The translations under genes were made by a program, and so were the position numbers. From the NCBI GenBank assembly GCA_013265495.1, contig MU058584.1, positions 4,408,508-4,472,507 of the forward strand: a DNA stretch of 64,000 nt, written 5' to 3'. The notes below the pieces were generated by a model, which worked only from the letters and a program-made list of their open reading frames with translations, did not search any database and had not been told where the DNA came from. Positions 27,001-39,000 of the stretch are shown here, one piece after another. This DNA is from Vicugna vicugna. Its lineage: Eukaryota. How positions within the stretch are numbered: the first letter of the stretch is position 1; each line of letters opens with the position of its first letter.

Positions 27001-30000
27001 GACAGAGCTTTGGAGTAAGAAAAAAAAATAAGAATTTAGTACTAAACACTAAACTGAGTGTGAGTCACCATATCCAAGTGGAATACACAGGAGGTTCTTG
27101 GAAATACAGTTCCGGCGCTCTAAGGGCTCTCTAGCTGGGGAATGGAATATAAATTTGGTGATCATCAACATACAGCGGACAGTCATGAGATCACTCAGAG
27201 AGACAGTTAACACTGGTTGAGTGTTTCTGAGGAAGGAGGCTCGATGCTAAGTGTTTTACACATAATCTAGTCATTTAAATTTTACAAACCTCTGAGCTGG
27301 GTACTATTATTTCCTCATTTTGTAGAAGATAAAAGCACAGACAGGTTGAGTCACTTGACCACGGTTACCCAGGTAGCAAGTGACAGGAGTAAGGGTTCAA
27401 ACCTCGGTTGTCTGACTACAGAGCCTACAAACACAGTCAGTTTGATATTCTGCATCTCATATAGCACGAGAAAAGGGTGGAGGCTGGTTTTAGGGAGAGG
27501 CCAAGCTCCCAGCAGTACTATTACAAGTTTCAAAAAACAAAAAAAGATATTTAAAAAAAAAAAGAGTTTCCTTTCAAGCATAATTAAATTCTAAACAGCA
27601 AAGAAGCTTGAGGTTTGGAAGTGAGAGAGGTGATGAGGTGGACTCATGGACCCGGGTTAATTAACAACAAGGGACAGGAAGTGCCCAGCTGATGGAAAGG
27701 CTGGACATTTCTCTTACCCCACAGCTGGCGCCTTAAAATCCGAGGACATACCTCAGTATCTCTTCCTTTGTTTTTTTCGCTGAAGTTTCTGCTAACTGCT
27801 TTTTGTTTCAGGGCTGAGCTCTGAGGGAGGAAGGAGCCTGTAGCAGGAAATAATTACCACCACCACTGGCCGAGCCTCCTAACAAAAGACCCCACAGCTG
27901 GACCTGGACCTGGCCGGAACTGTCTCTACCGGCCACCTTGGCTGACGGCTCCCTGCTCCTTTCTCAGCTCTGGCACTTTCTTTCCACTTCCCCCTTCTGA
28001 GCAATAAAGCGGCTGTTCACTTCATCCCTCTGCCTCTCCTGCGTGCATTCTTTCCCGGCCGGCGGCATGGACCCACACTTTGGTGGGCTTCCTGATTTAG
28101 GGGTCCCTCTATCCACTAACAGAAGGATGGAGGGAAAGGAAACACTTTAGGCTAAAGCTTTCACATACTTTAAAGCTTCCTGCTGTTAGATTGAGGCCAC
28201 CCAGCTTTGTGGTGAGATGCCCAGTTTCCTCCTCCCCGTTATTTGACCCATAGGTGCTCTTACTTGCTCCAAGATCTTCATAAACAGTGCTTCCAACTGC
28301 TTTTGTTTTCTTGAGGTGCTCATCTTGGAAACCTCTCGTGAAATGGGGAACTGTATAAAGAATTATGAGAATATTGAGTGTGGGAAAGTAGCAAAGGGAA
28401 CTACTAGTTGTATGAATTTCGGCAAATCACTGTACTGTCCTGTGTCTTAAAATCCTCATGTGTTAGATAGTCCATAACATGCCTTCCAGCTCTAATACAT
28501 TGAATCTAATAGACACAGGAAAGGAAGGGCACAGTCTCATCTTTGCATTGACCATTACACGTGGGAGCAGGGTGACTTTGTGCTCTGGACTAGCTAGGAT
28601 AGTGTGGCTATGATGGAAAGGTGAGGAAAAAATGGGTCAGCAGGTGACTATTTGGGTTTTCTTGCATCTGGTATTTCTGGATACCCCCAATATATCTCAG
28701 GAAGGTGCATGTTCATTCCAGGAGGATTGGGGGCCATTTCCTTACCACCTGGGTGCTCCAGATGAGGAAAGAAAAGGATAATAAAGGCCAAAGAGATGCA
28801 AAGCCATAAAGGATCAGGGAGGAGTGGCCACACCTGCCCCTTCACTATTTCTTGCAGAAGTCTAATGCTGGCTAGTTACCTGCACATGGAAGATGTCATT
28901 AAGAAGACAATGGAACTTTTCATCCAGCAGTGCCTTGACTTTATTTTGAAGGTTAGTCTGTCGTTCTTTATAATGTTTACAAGTATCCAGACCTAGTACA
29001 TTGGCCATGAGTATCTGGATGGTATTAAAATTTTGATGGAAGCTGATCTTAGTCAACCCAATAGCAATAGTCCTGTTTGTAAGAAAGTCAAGAATCGGAA
29101 GAGCACTTTAAAATATATTTTTTGAAAACAATAAAGCTTGAAGGAAAGCTCTGATCCTTCATATTCGGTTATCATGACAGATTTCCTGAGCTGTCTGGAA
29201 GCTGTTTTTTATTTACGCTTCAGATATGCTCCCTTATCCCACTACATCCCTAAGCCCTGACAGTTTAACCTAGCTATCCCCACTTCTTTAGTCCTGCCCC
29301 CACTGCCTTGGTTCAGGCCCTCACACTCTCACCTAAACTGCCAAAGAGCATGGTACTATCCCTGCCTGGCGCCATGACTCTCTGAAAGCATCACCCTTAC
29401 AGAAGCCTGGAGTGTCCAGATGGATGCAAATCTTCTCTCCTGTGTAAGATTTTCAATGCTCCCGTTGCCTACACGTTAAGTTTAGATTCCTTTCTGTGAC
29501 ATGTAAGACTTTCCAAGGCCTCATTATGTCATTTCTTGCTACTCTCTGCCCGCAGTCTATCCTTCGCCACCAACAAACTGGTGAGAGTTCCCTGCACACC
29601 CAGTTCTTTCTTCTACGGCTTTGTTTTTGCTGCCTCTTCAGCCTGGGGTGTTATTACTTCTCGTAATCCCTCCTAATCCCTCCTTTCCTGTTCGTCCATA
29701 AATCTCAGCTCAGGGGTGACCTCCTGGAACTATTCTCTGATGCCCCAAGGTTGGGTTACATGCCCGTCTTTCTCTTAGCTTCCTACAATATGCAGTTGCA
29801 TGCTTCTGTCATTGTCCTCACTACATTCTATTTTTACTGTTACCTCTCTCTCCTGCTCTTTTGTGAGAGCTCTTTGAGTGCAGGGATCAATTATTATTCA
29901 TCTTCAAAGCTTTGGAATTTGTTGCGGGTTAATTTATGCTCCCCTCCCCAAATGTGTATGTTGAAGTGAACTTATTTGGGAATAGGGTCATTGCAGATGT

Positions 30001-33000
30001 AATTAGGTAAGTTAGGATGAGGTCTTAGTGGAGTAGGGTGGGTCCCTTCTCCAGTATGACTATGTCTTTATAAGAAGGAGAAATTTGAACATAGACAGCA
30101 CACAGAGAGAATGTCATGTAAAGATGAAGGCAAAGATTGGGGTGATGCTTCTACAAGCCAATGCGCCAACAATTGCCAGCAAGCCACTAGAAGCTAGGAA
30201 GGAGACACGGAACATATCATCCCTCAGCTGTCAAAAAAACCAGCATTGCAACACCTTGATCTTGGACTTCTACCCTCCTGTACACAAAGACAATATACTT
30301 CTGTTGTTTAAGCCACCTAGTGTGTGGTACTTTGTCCTGGCAGCTCTAGCAAACCCATGCAGTTCTTGGTTCCTGGAACATAGTAGGTACTCAATAAGCG
30401 ATGCAATAAATGAAGAAATGAGTGTCTTCTGGTTGTCTTGAGTTATCCCCTCAGCAATGTTAAAGATATTTTAAAACTAGTCTTTCTCGGGCCTGACATT
30501 AAAAAAGAGTAGAAACACAGCTAAAAATAATGTAAAGTTAACAAGAATTTTCCCCTTAAAGCCTTTAGGTTTGATGGTGAAAGGATGTGGGAGACCATTG
30601 CCATTGTCTTGGCATCATCACTGTTATTGAATTCCATACTGTCCACCTCCATGAGCTGGGTTGTCCCAAAGGGAGCCCACATGACACCCTTTACATGAAT
30701 AGAGACAGACAGCATGAGGTAAGTGCATTAGCCCTGACTTCCAGAGGGAAGTCCAGAGGCCTTTTAGTCTCTAACCATACTCTCAGGGCTGAATGGTTTG
30801 AACTGGTGATGCCCTGTCAACTACACAAACAATCTAATGTGTGTTCTGCAGACCCCATCTAGCCTTGGACTCAACGTCTAAACCAGTCGTTCTCAAACTG
30901 CCTGCATATTAGAAAACTTCACAATATCAATATCCAAGCCCCTCCTGGCATAAAAGCAAGATCTCCAGGGGTCAGCTCAGCTTCTCATTTTCTCAGTTCA
31001 GTAGGTCTATCATTAATTATTTAGCACAAGAGACATGACACCCAATAATAACTGATAGATTGTGAACAGATTACGTAAGGCAATTTATATAAAGGAGAGG
31101 AGCATTAAAACGAGTGAAACTCTTCTGAATATCGGGATTCTCTGGGCTCACAAAAAAATGCTCATTTGCAAGACACTCACCTGTGGTTCTCACCTTGGGC
31201 CAGGTACTCAATTTCCATAAGTATCTGGCTTTTTCCATAGCCCGATAATCCTTCGTACATCAGGACCCGGCTGCAGTTAGACATCAAAAATTCCTTCATA
31301 GAACACATGAAGTATTTGATCTCCTTATCACGTCCTGTTATTTTTAGTTTTTAAAAAGGGAGCAAACCCAATCAACATAAAACAGAGACACACAAAAAAA
31401 GCACCTAGTGATACTGCTTCTAAGGACACCCCGGGGGTTCCCAAGGCGTTGTTCACACAGCTTCTTTAGGTCCCGTGCACTTTACATTTTTTAAAAAATC
31501 TTTCTTTAGAACTTTTCAGTTAACAATGTGGTTTTACAGATTTTTTTTATCCCCACAAGCTGTGAGGGAAAGTATTCTTATAATGCTCATTATGATGTCC
31601 ATTTAATTTTAGTGCAGAAAACTGAGATCTGCTTAGATTACACAACCAGGAATTAAACCATGGCTATCTGACACTAATGCTTGTTTTCTTTTCTTTTTTC
31701 TCTTTTTCTATGACACACTAGAGGTAACTAGAGATTATTACACTAAGAAATAAACTTATTGAAGTTTGGGTTCCTATGTTCAACAATACGGATGAAATAT
31801 TTTTATCTCCAATTCTGTGAAAGAAACTTGCTCTTTGCAAATGAGAAATTATACTTATCCCAGGGCTACAAGAAGCATTATCAGTGGAGAGGAAAATTCA
31901 ATTTGCTTTAAAAAAAATCATGTATAGATTAATTCTACCCTAAGAACAACCTAAATTCTTGGTAAAAATAAATTGTAGTTTTTTTTCTGATTATAAAACT
32001 AACACATGCTCACTGTAGAAAATATAGAACACTTAGAAAAGGAAAAGAAGAAAATTAAAGTCACATTGGGTTCCAGCCCCATCAGTCTTATGTTTCTTAT
32101 GTGTTTTTAAGTATGTGTAACAGGATACCCTGACTGAAATCTGAAACTCAGCCTACAATCTTTGAAATCTGGTGGGCAGGAAGGAAATGACAAATTTCTG
32201 TTCAAAGAGCTGGAGACCCAGTGGGGCTGACTTTTCTTTCTTTGCTGGGGAGGTCGCTGAGGAGGGCCCATCTGGTTACCCATTGATCAAGTAAACACAC
32301 ACCCAACTGTTATCTAAAGCACTGAAGACCACTACCTTGAGTGTAGATGTTTCATACAGGGAAGCTAAGCGTTTACTTGGTAATGGGAATTTCTGGCTAC
32401 AATCTAGTGGGAACTACTCTATACACCATATTGCTTCTTTCAGGGGAAACATTCCCTTTCTGAAAATGCATTCGAATTTCAGTTTTGTGAGATGGGTAGG
32501 GTTTTTCTTTGGTCTGAGGATCACATAGGAACTCAGAAGATAAGGCCCAGAAGGCCACACAGCAGGATCTTCTAGCTTTTTGTGTTCTGTTTGTATAGAG
32601 TACATACAGGTAAGAACTTAGGGACTGCCTTTTTAGCTGGATTCTAAAGTGAAGCTAACTCAACTTGAACTACATGTATGTTGTCTCTATTTAAACAAGA
32701 CCCTAATATCTGAGGCTGTTGTATGCATTTTTGACACTAAAAGAAAACACTTTTTTTCATTTTAGTTTTGTTGTCAGCAAACAAAATTTCATTTACAGGA
32801 GCTCTTGTAATAGAAGGGTATTTCCCATACTCCTAACCTCCAACAGTCTGTTTTTGGTTATAGCTTTAAGGAAAGATATGTGGACCTGGTTTTTACCTTA
32901 CACTGGTGAACTCAAGGCAAAAAGGCAACTAGACTAGACTGAGAAATATATTGCATAGTGTACCACTGCGCTCTAATATGACTATCACAGTGAGTCCTCA

Positions 33001-36000
33001 ATCTTGTAGAAAGGGGGTTAGGACTAGACTGAGAAATATATTGCATAGTGTACCACTGCGCTCTAATATGACTATCACAGTGAGTCCTCAATCTTGTAGA
33101 AAGGGGGTTAGGACTTCCATTTACTGTCAATCATTATCACAACAAACATACCCCAGGATGGAAAGGAAGGCCTCAGAGGACAGTGAGAATGGGCATTCCT
33201 TCTCCTTCCTAGCCTTCAGGAGTTTGGGGATCTGGACCTACAAGAAGTGACAAGCTTACAGGCTCTGCAAACTACCTGAATATAGAGAAAGTGGGGCATC
33301 GCTTTTGGCCCAGGTGCTCTTGCCATTCTGGAACTGTTGCCATCTTTAGACTCTGGTGACATTGAGATGCTGTCCTAATATTCCTCCAAAGTTTGAGACA
33401 GAGCGTCCTCTGAATTGTGCTAGCACAGTTATGACCAGGATTTAAATCCAGAATGACACTTTTTGGGATGTTCAGGTCTAACAGAAGGAAGCTACAAGTG
33501 TTACTAGAAATGACTGCCTTCAGAATCCACAAGCTAATCTTCACTGAATTTCTTCTCTCAGAGGGTGTAACCCTCCCTCATTTTATGTTTAGTTCCCTGT
33601 CTCGTCTTGAGTTAGCTTTTTTATGATAGGGTCGCTATCAGTCGCTATCACCAAGAATCACAAAAACATCACTGCCAAGCGGATCGTAGATCTAATGTAA
33701 AAGGTAAAACAAAATTTCTGGAAGAGATTCTGGAAACATATCTTCATGACTTTTGGGTGAGGAAAGATTTCTTAAACAGTATAGAAAAGCACTAACTATA
33801 AAAGAAAAGATTGGTAAATTGGATTTCATTAAAATAAAAAATTCTGTTCATTAAAGACATCACTAGTGGAGTCAAAAGGCCAGCATGGAATGGGAAAAGC
33901 TACATACAGCAGAAACCAATGACAGTGGACCTATTTTCAGAATACATAAATAATTCCAAAAGATCTATACAAAATGCAATCCAATTGAAAAGTAGGCCAA
34001 AGATTTGTACAGACGCTTTATAAAAGATGATTTCCAAGTGGCCAGTAAACATTTGAAAAAAGAGCTCAACCACACCAGGGAAACACAGATGGAAACCACA
34101 ATGAGATATCACTATAAACCCAACAGAATGGGTCAGAATATAACCAAATATAACCATTTTGGAAAACTGGCATCATCTACCAAAATTGTACTCTTTGCCT
34201 ATGTATATATACACACTCAACAGCAGAAATGCATAACTTTGTTCACCATAAGACTTGCACAAGAATTCTTACAGCAATATTATTCATAGGAATAATAACT
34301 TGAAACGATTCAAATGTACAAAAACATAATGAATATATTGTTGTATATTTATAAAATGGAATACAATCATCCCTTGGTATCCACAGGGGATTGGTTCCAG
34401 GAACCCGGGGGATACCCAAGTCCACGGATGCTTAAATCCCTTATATAAAATGGTGTAGTATTTGCATATGACCTACACATAGCCTCTTGTATACTTTAAA
34501 TCACCTCTAGATTAATCATAACATGGAATACAATGTAAATGCAATGTAAAATAGTTGCCAGTGTGTGGTAAATTCAAGTTCTTCCTTTTGGAATTTTCTG
34601 GAAATTCAAATATATATATATATATATTTCTTTTACACAGAGGTGCTGGGGATTGAACCCTGGACCTTGTGTATGCTAAGCATGTGCTCTACCACTGAGC
34701 TATATCCACCTCCACCTAAAAAATATTTTTGATCTGTGGTTGTTTGAATCCATGGATACTTGACCCTGCAGATACAGAGGGCCAACTGTACTACATAGCA
34801 ATGAAAATGATGTATAGCTACATTCAACAACACGAATGAATTTCATAAAATAATGTTGATTTAAAAAGACTTATGTAATTACACAATGTATGATTTCATC
34901 TATATACATTTTAAAAACAGACCTAACTAATTTAGTGTATAAGAAGTCTTTGGGTAAGGGGGACAGTATAGCTCAGTGGTAGTGTGTGTGCTTAGCATGC
35001 ACGAGGTCCTGGTTCAATCCCTAGTACCTCCACTAATAAATAAATAATAAATAAATAATCCTAATTACCCGCTCCCCAAAAAAATTAAATTAAAAAAATA
35101 AAGAAGTCTTTGGGTAAAGTGAGAGGGCTAACTCATGTGACGGTTTGCAGAATACTGCTATTTTTCTATTCCTCAGCCTGGATGGTGGTTATATGTCCAT
35201 TTTGTGATAATTCATTAAGCTGAAGACTTATCATGGGGGTACTTTTCTGAATGTTTGGTTGTAGTTCAATAAAGAAGTTTAAAAATCAAGGCCCACTACC
35301 TACCCAGCAAAGGGTAGCCCTCATTTCTGTTGCAGATGAGGTATGCCATCCCAAACATGCTGAAGAGAAGAGAAGAGAAGACATTAGCATCAAAACAGGG
35401 AAACACTGAGAGCCAGAGGGACTAGTTCTTAGTTCCCAGAAAGCCTCCTTTTCAATCTCTAACAAGAGTCTATTTTCTGAGTCAGGGATGCAGGTACCAA
35501 AAGGAAGGGAAAGGAGAAGTTCCTTCCTGGTGACAGAGTCTCCAAACAACCTATGTTGTGGCCTTTACCGGAGAGCCTGGTACCTTGTTCAATAAATTCT
35601 TGTTGAGTCTGCATTGGTAGAACTGACCTCCCTCTCGGGAAGCCACACACTCAACCAGGAACCCAATAAAGTTAGATGTGATACATTGTCTCACATCCTG
35701 GGAAGATTCCTCCAACTGCTTAAAAAATAAAGCTCATGTTCTGGGGGTGGCCCAGTCTCAAGTGTTTTACATGTATCGTTTCCATTACTCCTGACAAAAA
35801 ACCTTATTAAGAAGGCATTATTAATATCATGATGTCCATTTTACAAACGAGAAAATTGAAATACAGAGAGTCGGGTTGCCCAAGATTCCCATGGCTAGTG
35901 GTGACAGAGGATACAGACAGAGTCAGTATCTAAAGCTAGGCCAGGGGCATATGCTTGCCTACTGTCGACCAGCATCTCTTGAAGGGGCCATTTTAGACAA

Positions 36001-39000
36001 ATGGACCACTCCCTTGTCTATACTATCATCCTACTTTGTTACACCTCTGTTATAGCACATACTGAAGTCTCCCATGTAATATACAGCTAATTGTATGTAT
36101 GCTGGTCTTGCCCATTAGATTTCAGGACAGGAACCAGGCCATGTTCATATTTGTATGTGTACTCCCACAGTCTCTTATTTGCAGAGACAGTATAGAGAAA
36201 CCATAATGAGGGCAGACTCTGGACTCAGATAGTCCTGGCTTTCTGTGGTAGATTGAGGGCCCCACTTCTTCACCCCTACTTGTGTCTGTGCCGTTTGTTA
36301 ATACACCTTGGCAGCGCCCTCCCACTCTGACTCAGCCTTGGGAATGTTTTGGCCAATGGGATGTTAGCAAACATGACATAGAGGCTTTAAAAAAGCTTGG
36401 GCATTAGACTTGTTCTCTCTTGCTCTTCTGATATTGCCACGACTCCATGCCTGGGCTAGCCTGATATAAGATGAGACACACAGAGTCAAACTGTCCCAGT
36501 TATGCCAGCCCAGATTCTCAGTTATCCCACCTGAGGTCATTCTGGATCAGCCAACAACCTGCTGAACCCCAGGCCTAGTCAAGATCAGCCAAATCCAGCC
36601 AAGATCAGTCAAACCCCATATATTCGAGAGATAAGGAAGTATATATTGTCATATACCACTGAGGTTTTGTGATTGACTATAATGTAGCAATATTGTGGCA
36701 TTTTGTACCTTGGCTCCATTGCTTACCAGATTTATGGCCCAGGACAAGTCATTTAACATCTCTGAGTCTCAGTTTTAAAATTTATAAAATGGAGTTAATA
36801 ATAATTTCTACCTCATATACTTGATATGGATGTAAAAGTGCCTAATATTTAATAAGGGCTCACAAAAATTCTTATCCATTCATTTATTCAAACAGCTTTT
36901 TATTGATGGTCTACACATGCCAAGAACAGTGCTGAGCCCTGGGAATACAAAGGTGAATAATAAAAACTCCTTGAACCAATGACAGCCCTGATTCTGTTAT
37001 CTAATCCCTTTAAGACCTAGATTCTAGCTTGTTAATATAAGGAATAATACCTTTTCAATTTCCATCCACCGTCTATTTATTCATCACTATGGATGCCTAC
37101 CAAGCACTGGGAATATCAGAATGGCGAGAAATAATCACTCTCTCAAAAAGCTCCCAGTGTAGTAAGTGAAAAGCACATCCAGGCAGTGGTTGTGATGAGC
37201 GCTATGAGTGCTATGAGTGCTCTACTAGAGACATGTGCTACAGAGCTATGCAGAGGAGGGAAGACTGAACGGGGGTTAGGTAGTTCCAGAAGCAGCTTCA
37301 GAGGGGAATAGATCCTTGAGCTGGATTTCCAAATATGACCCTGGTGTCCTCGGTAGACTGGGGATGGAATGACTGAAAGGGAGGGTAAGCCCCTCAGACA
37401 TCCCAGAGGAAGGGGCACTGGAGGAGATGAGGTTGGAAAGGCAGGTGGTTACCTTGTATGTCACTGTAGGGAATTTGAACATTATCATGAAAATGACTGG
37501 GAGATTCTGAAGGACTTTAAGCCCTAAAGTAAGAGACCAAGTTGGGTTTTCAGGGAATGTATTTCAGTAAACACCTAGAGGAGGTGTTTTAGCCTTACCA
37601 ACACCTGACAGCATAGTTGACGTGATCTATAGTTAATGGTTGGTGACTGGCCTTATCTGGGTCCAAACAGATCCTCAAATGAGGGGATCTCTCATTTTGC
37701 TATCATAGTTCTCCCACTTCTTTACTAAAAAAATACTGCAAGATCAATGCCCCACACTCACACTTTCTCATTAAGGCCCAAACACTGATACACTGGTCCA
37801 GAATCTGCAACACCTTTCATGACTTTTTTTGGAAGCTCTTTAAAAAAGTAGGCTGGTAGGTTGCTGCCACTGTAGGTGACGGAGTCACAGGTCACGATTC
37901 CCGGGTAGTACATCATCATCCTGGCAGCTATGTTGACTTTCTGACCAATGACTATAGGAGGAGGGAGAGAGAGAGGCAAAGAGCAGGTAGAAAACAGCCA
38001 TTAAACTGAGTGTAATCTGAGGCAGACTGTCCCCAAATGGCATTGTCACCCTTTACTCCTTTTGCAATCTCACCTTCTACTACCCAGATTGAGCCAATGG
38101 CTATTTTAAAATATACAGGGAGTATAAACAAGTTTATACTGTACAGCACAGGAAAATATATTCAAGATCGTGTAGTAGCTCACAGGGAAAAAGAATATGA
38201 AAATGAATGTATGTATATTCATGTATGACTGAAAAATTGTGCTGTACACCAGAAATTGACACAACATTGTAAACTGACTATAACTCAATAAAAAAAATTA
38301 AAATATACAGGGAATAACTCAATCAGCCATTCGTAAAGTTTCTACCTCACCTGGGAAGATAAGAGGATGTTCTGCTCAGGGAAGAGGGGCCTTGAATATG
38401 GAGAAGATTCTGTTAAGTGGGATGGTCACTGGCCTGAGGGCTCTCGGGTGAGGTATACCGGGTCGGCTGCCATAAGACGGACAAGCATGAGCTTGAGCCT
38501 GTAACACTCACCTCCAAATGAGGCACAAAATTGGGTCTGCATGTTCCTATGCATGAACCTTCGTTTGGTGATTTCTTAAGAGTGAGTAAATGTGGCTGGA
38601 AGGGGAGGGTATGGAAGATTGGTTTAGGGGATATTTTAAGAGATAAACTACAGTGCACGGACTCTGAAGCCAGGCTGTGCAGGTTTGATCTTTAGCTCTA
38701 TTTCTAACTACTAAGTGCAAAGTACTTGGGCAAATTACTTGAACTCTTTCATGCCTCAGTTTTCCGATCTGTTAAGTGGGGTTGATAACAGTGGGTAGTT
38801 TATAATGATTAATGAGTTAATACACTTTGAACAGTGCTGGGATGCTAGTAAGTCCTCAGTTAATACTACTAATTAGGCATTAAATGTTCAACTTTAACAT
38901 AAACTTGAATACTTTGGATTAAGATATTCCTTTTTTAAAAAACTGTTTATTATGGGGAAATTTGACCAAACAATAACATACGGTATTATGAATCTCCATA

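Larger units (their letters stand above)
33680..35285 (+). mobile_element. Old L1M 3' fragment hosting nested MER2 and two SINEs
   Basis: L1 ORF2-end/3'UTR motifs (aaagatttcttaaac, aaattggatttcattaaaataaaaaattctgttc, aaccacaatgagatatcact), ending caataaagaagtttaaaaa. Confidence 0.75.

Noticed and set aside
32912..33250. ORFs with internal 30-aa repeats, or a CRISPR-like array
   Set aside because: They come from the 90-bp tandem duplication; there are only two adjacent copies, no spacers, and the context is a eukaryotic intron
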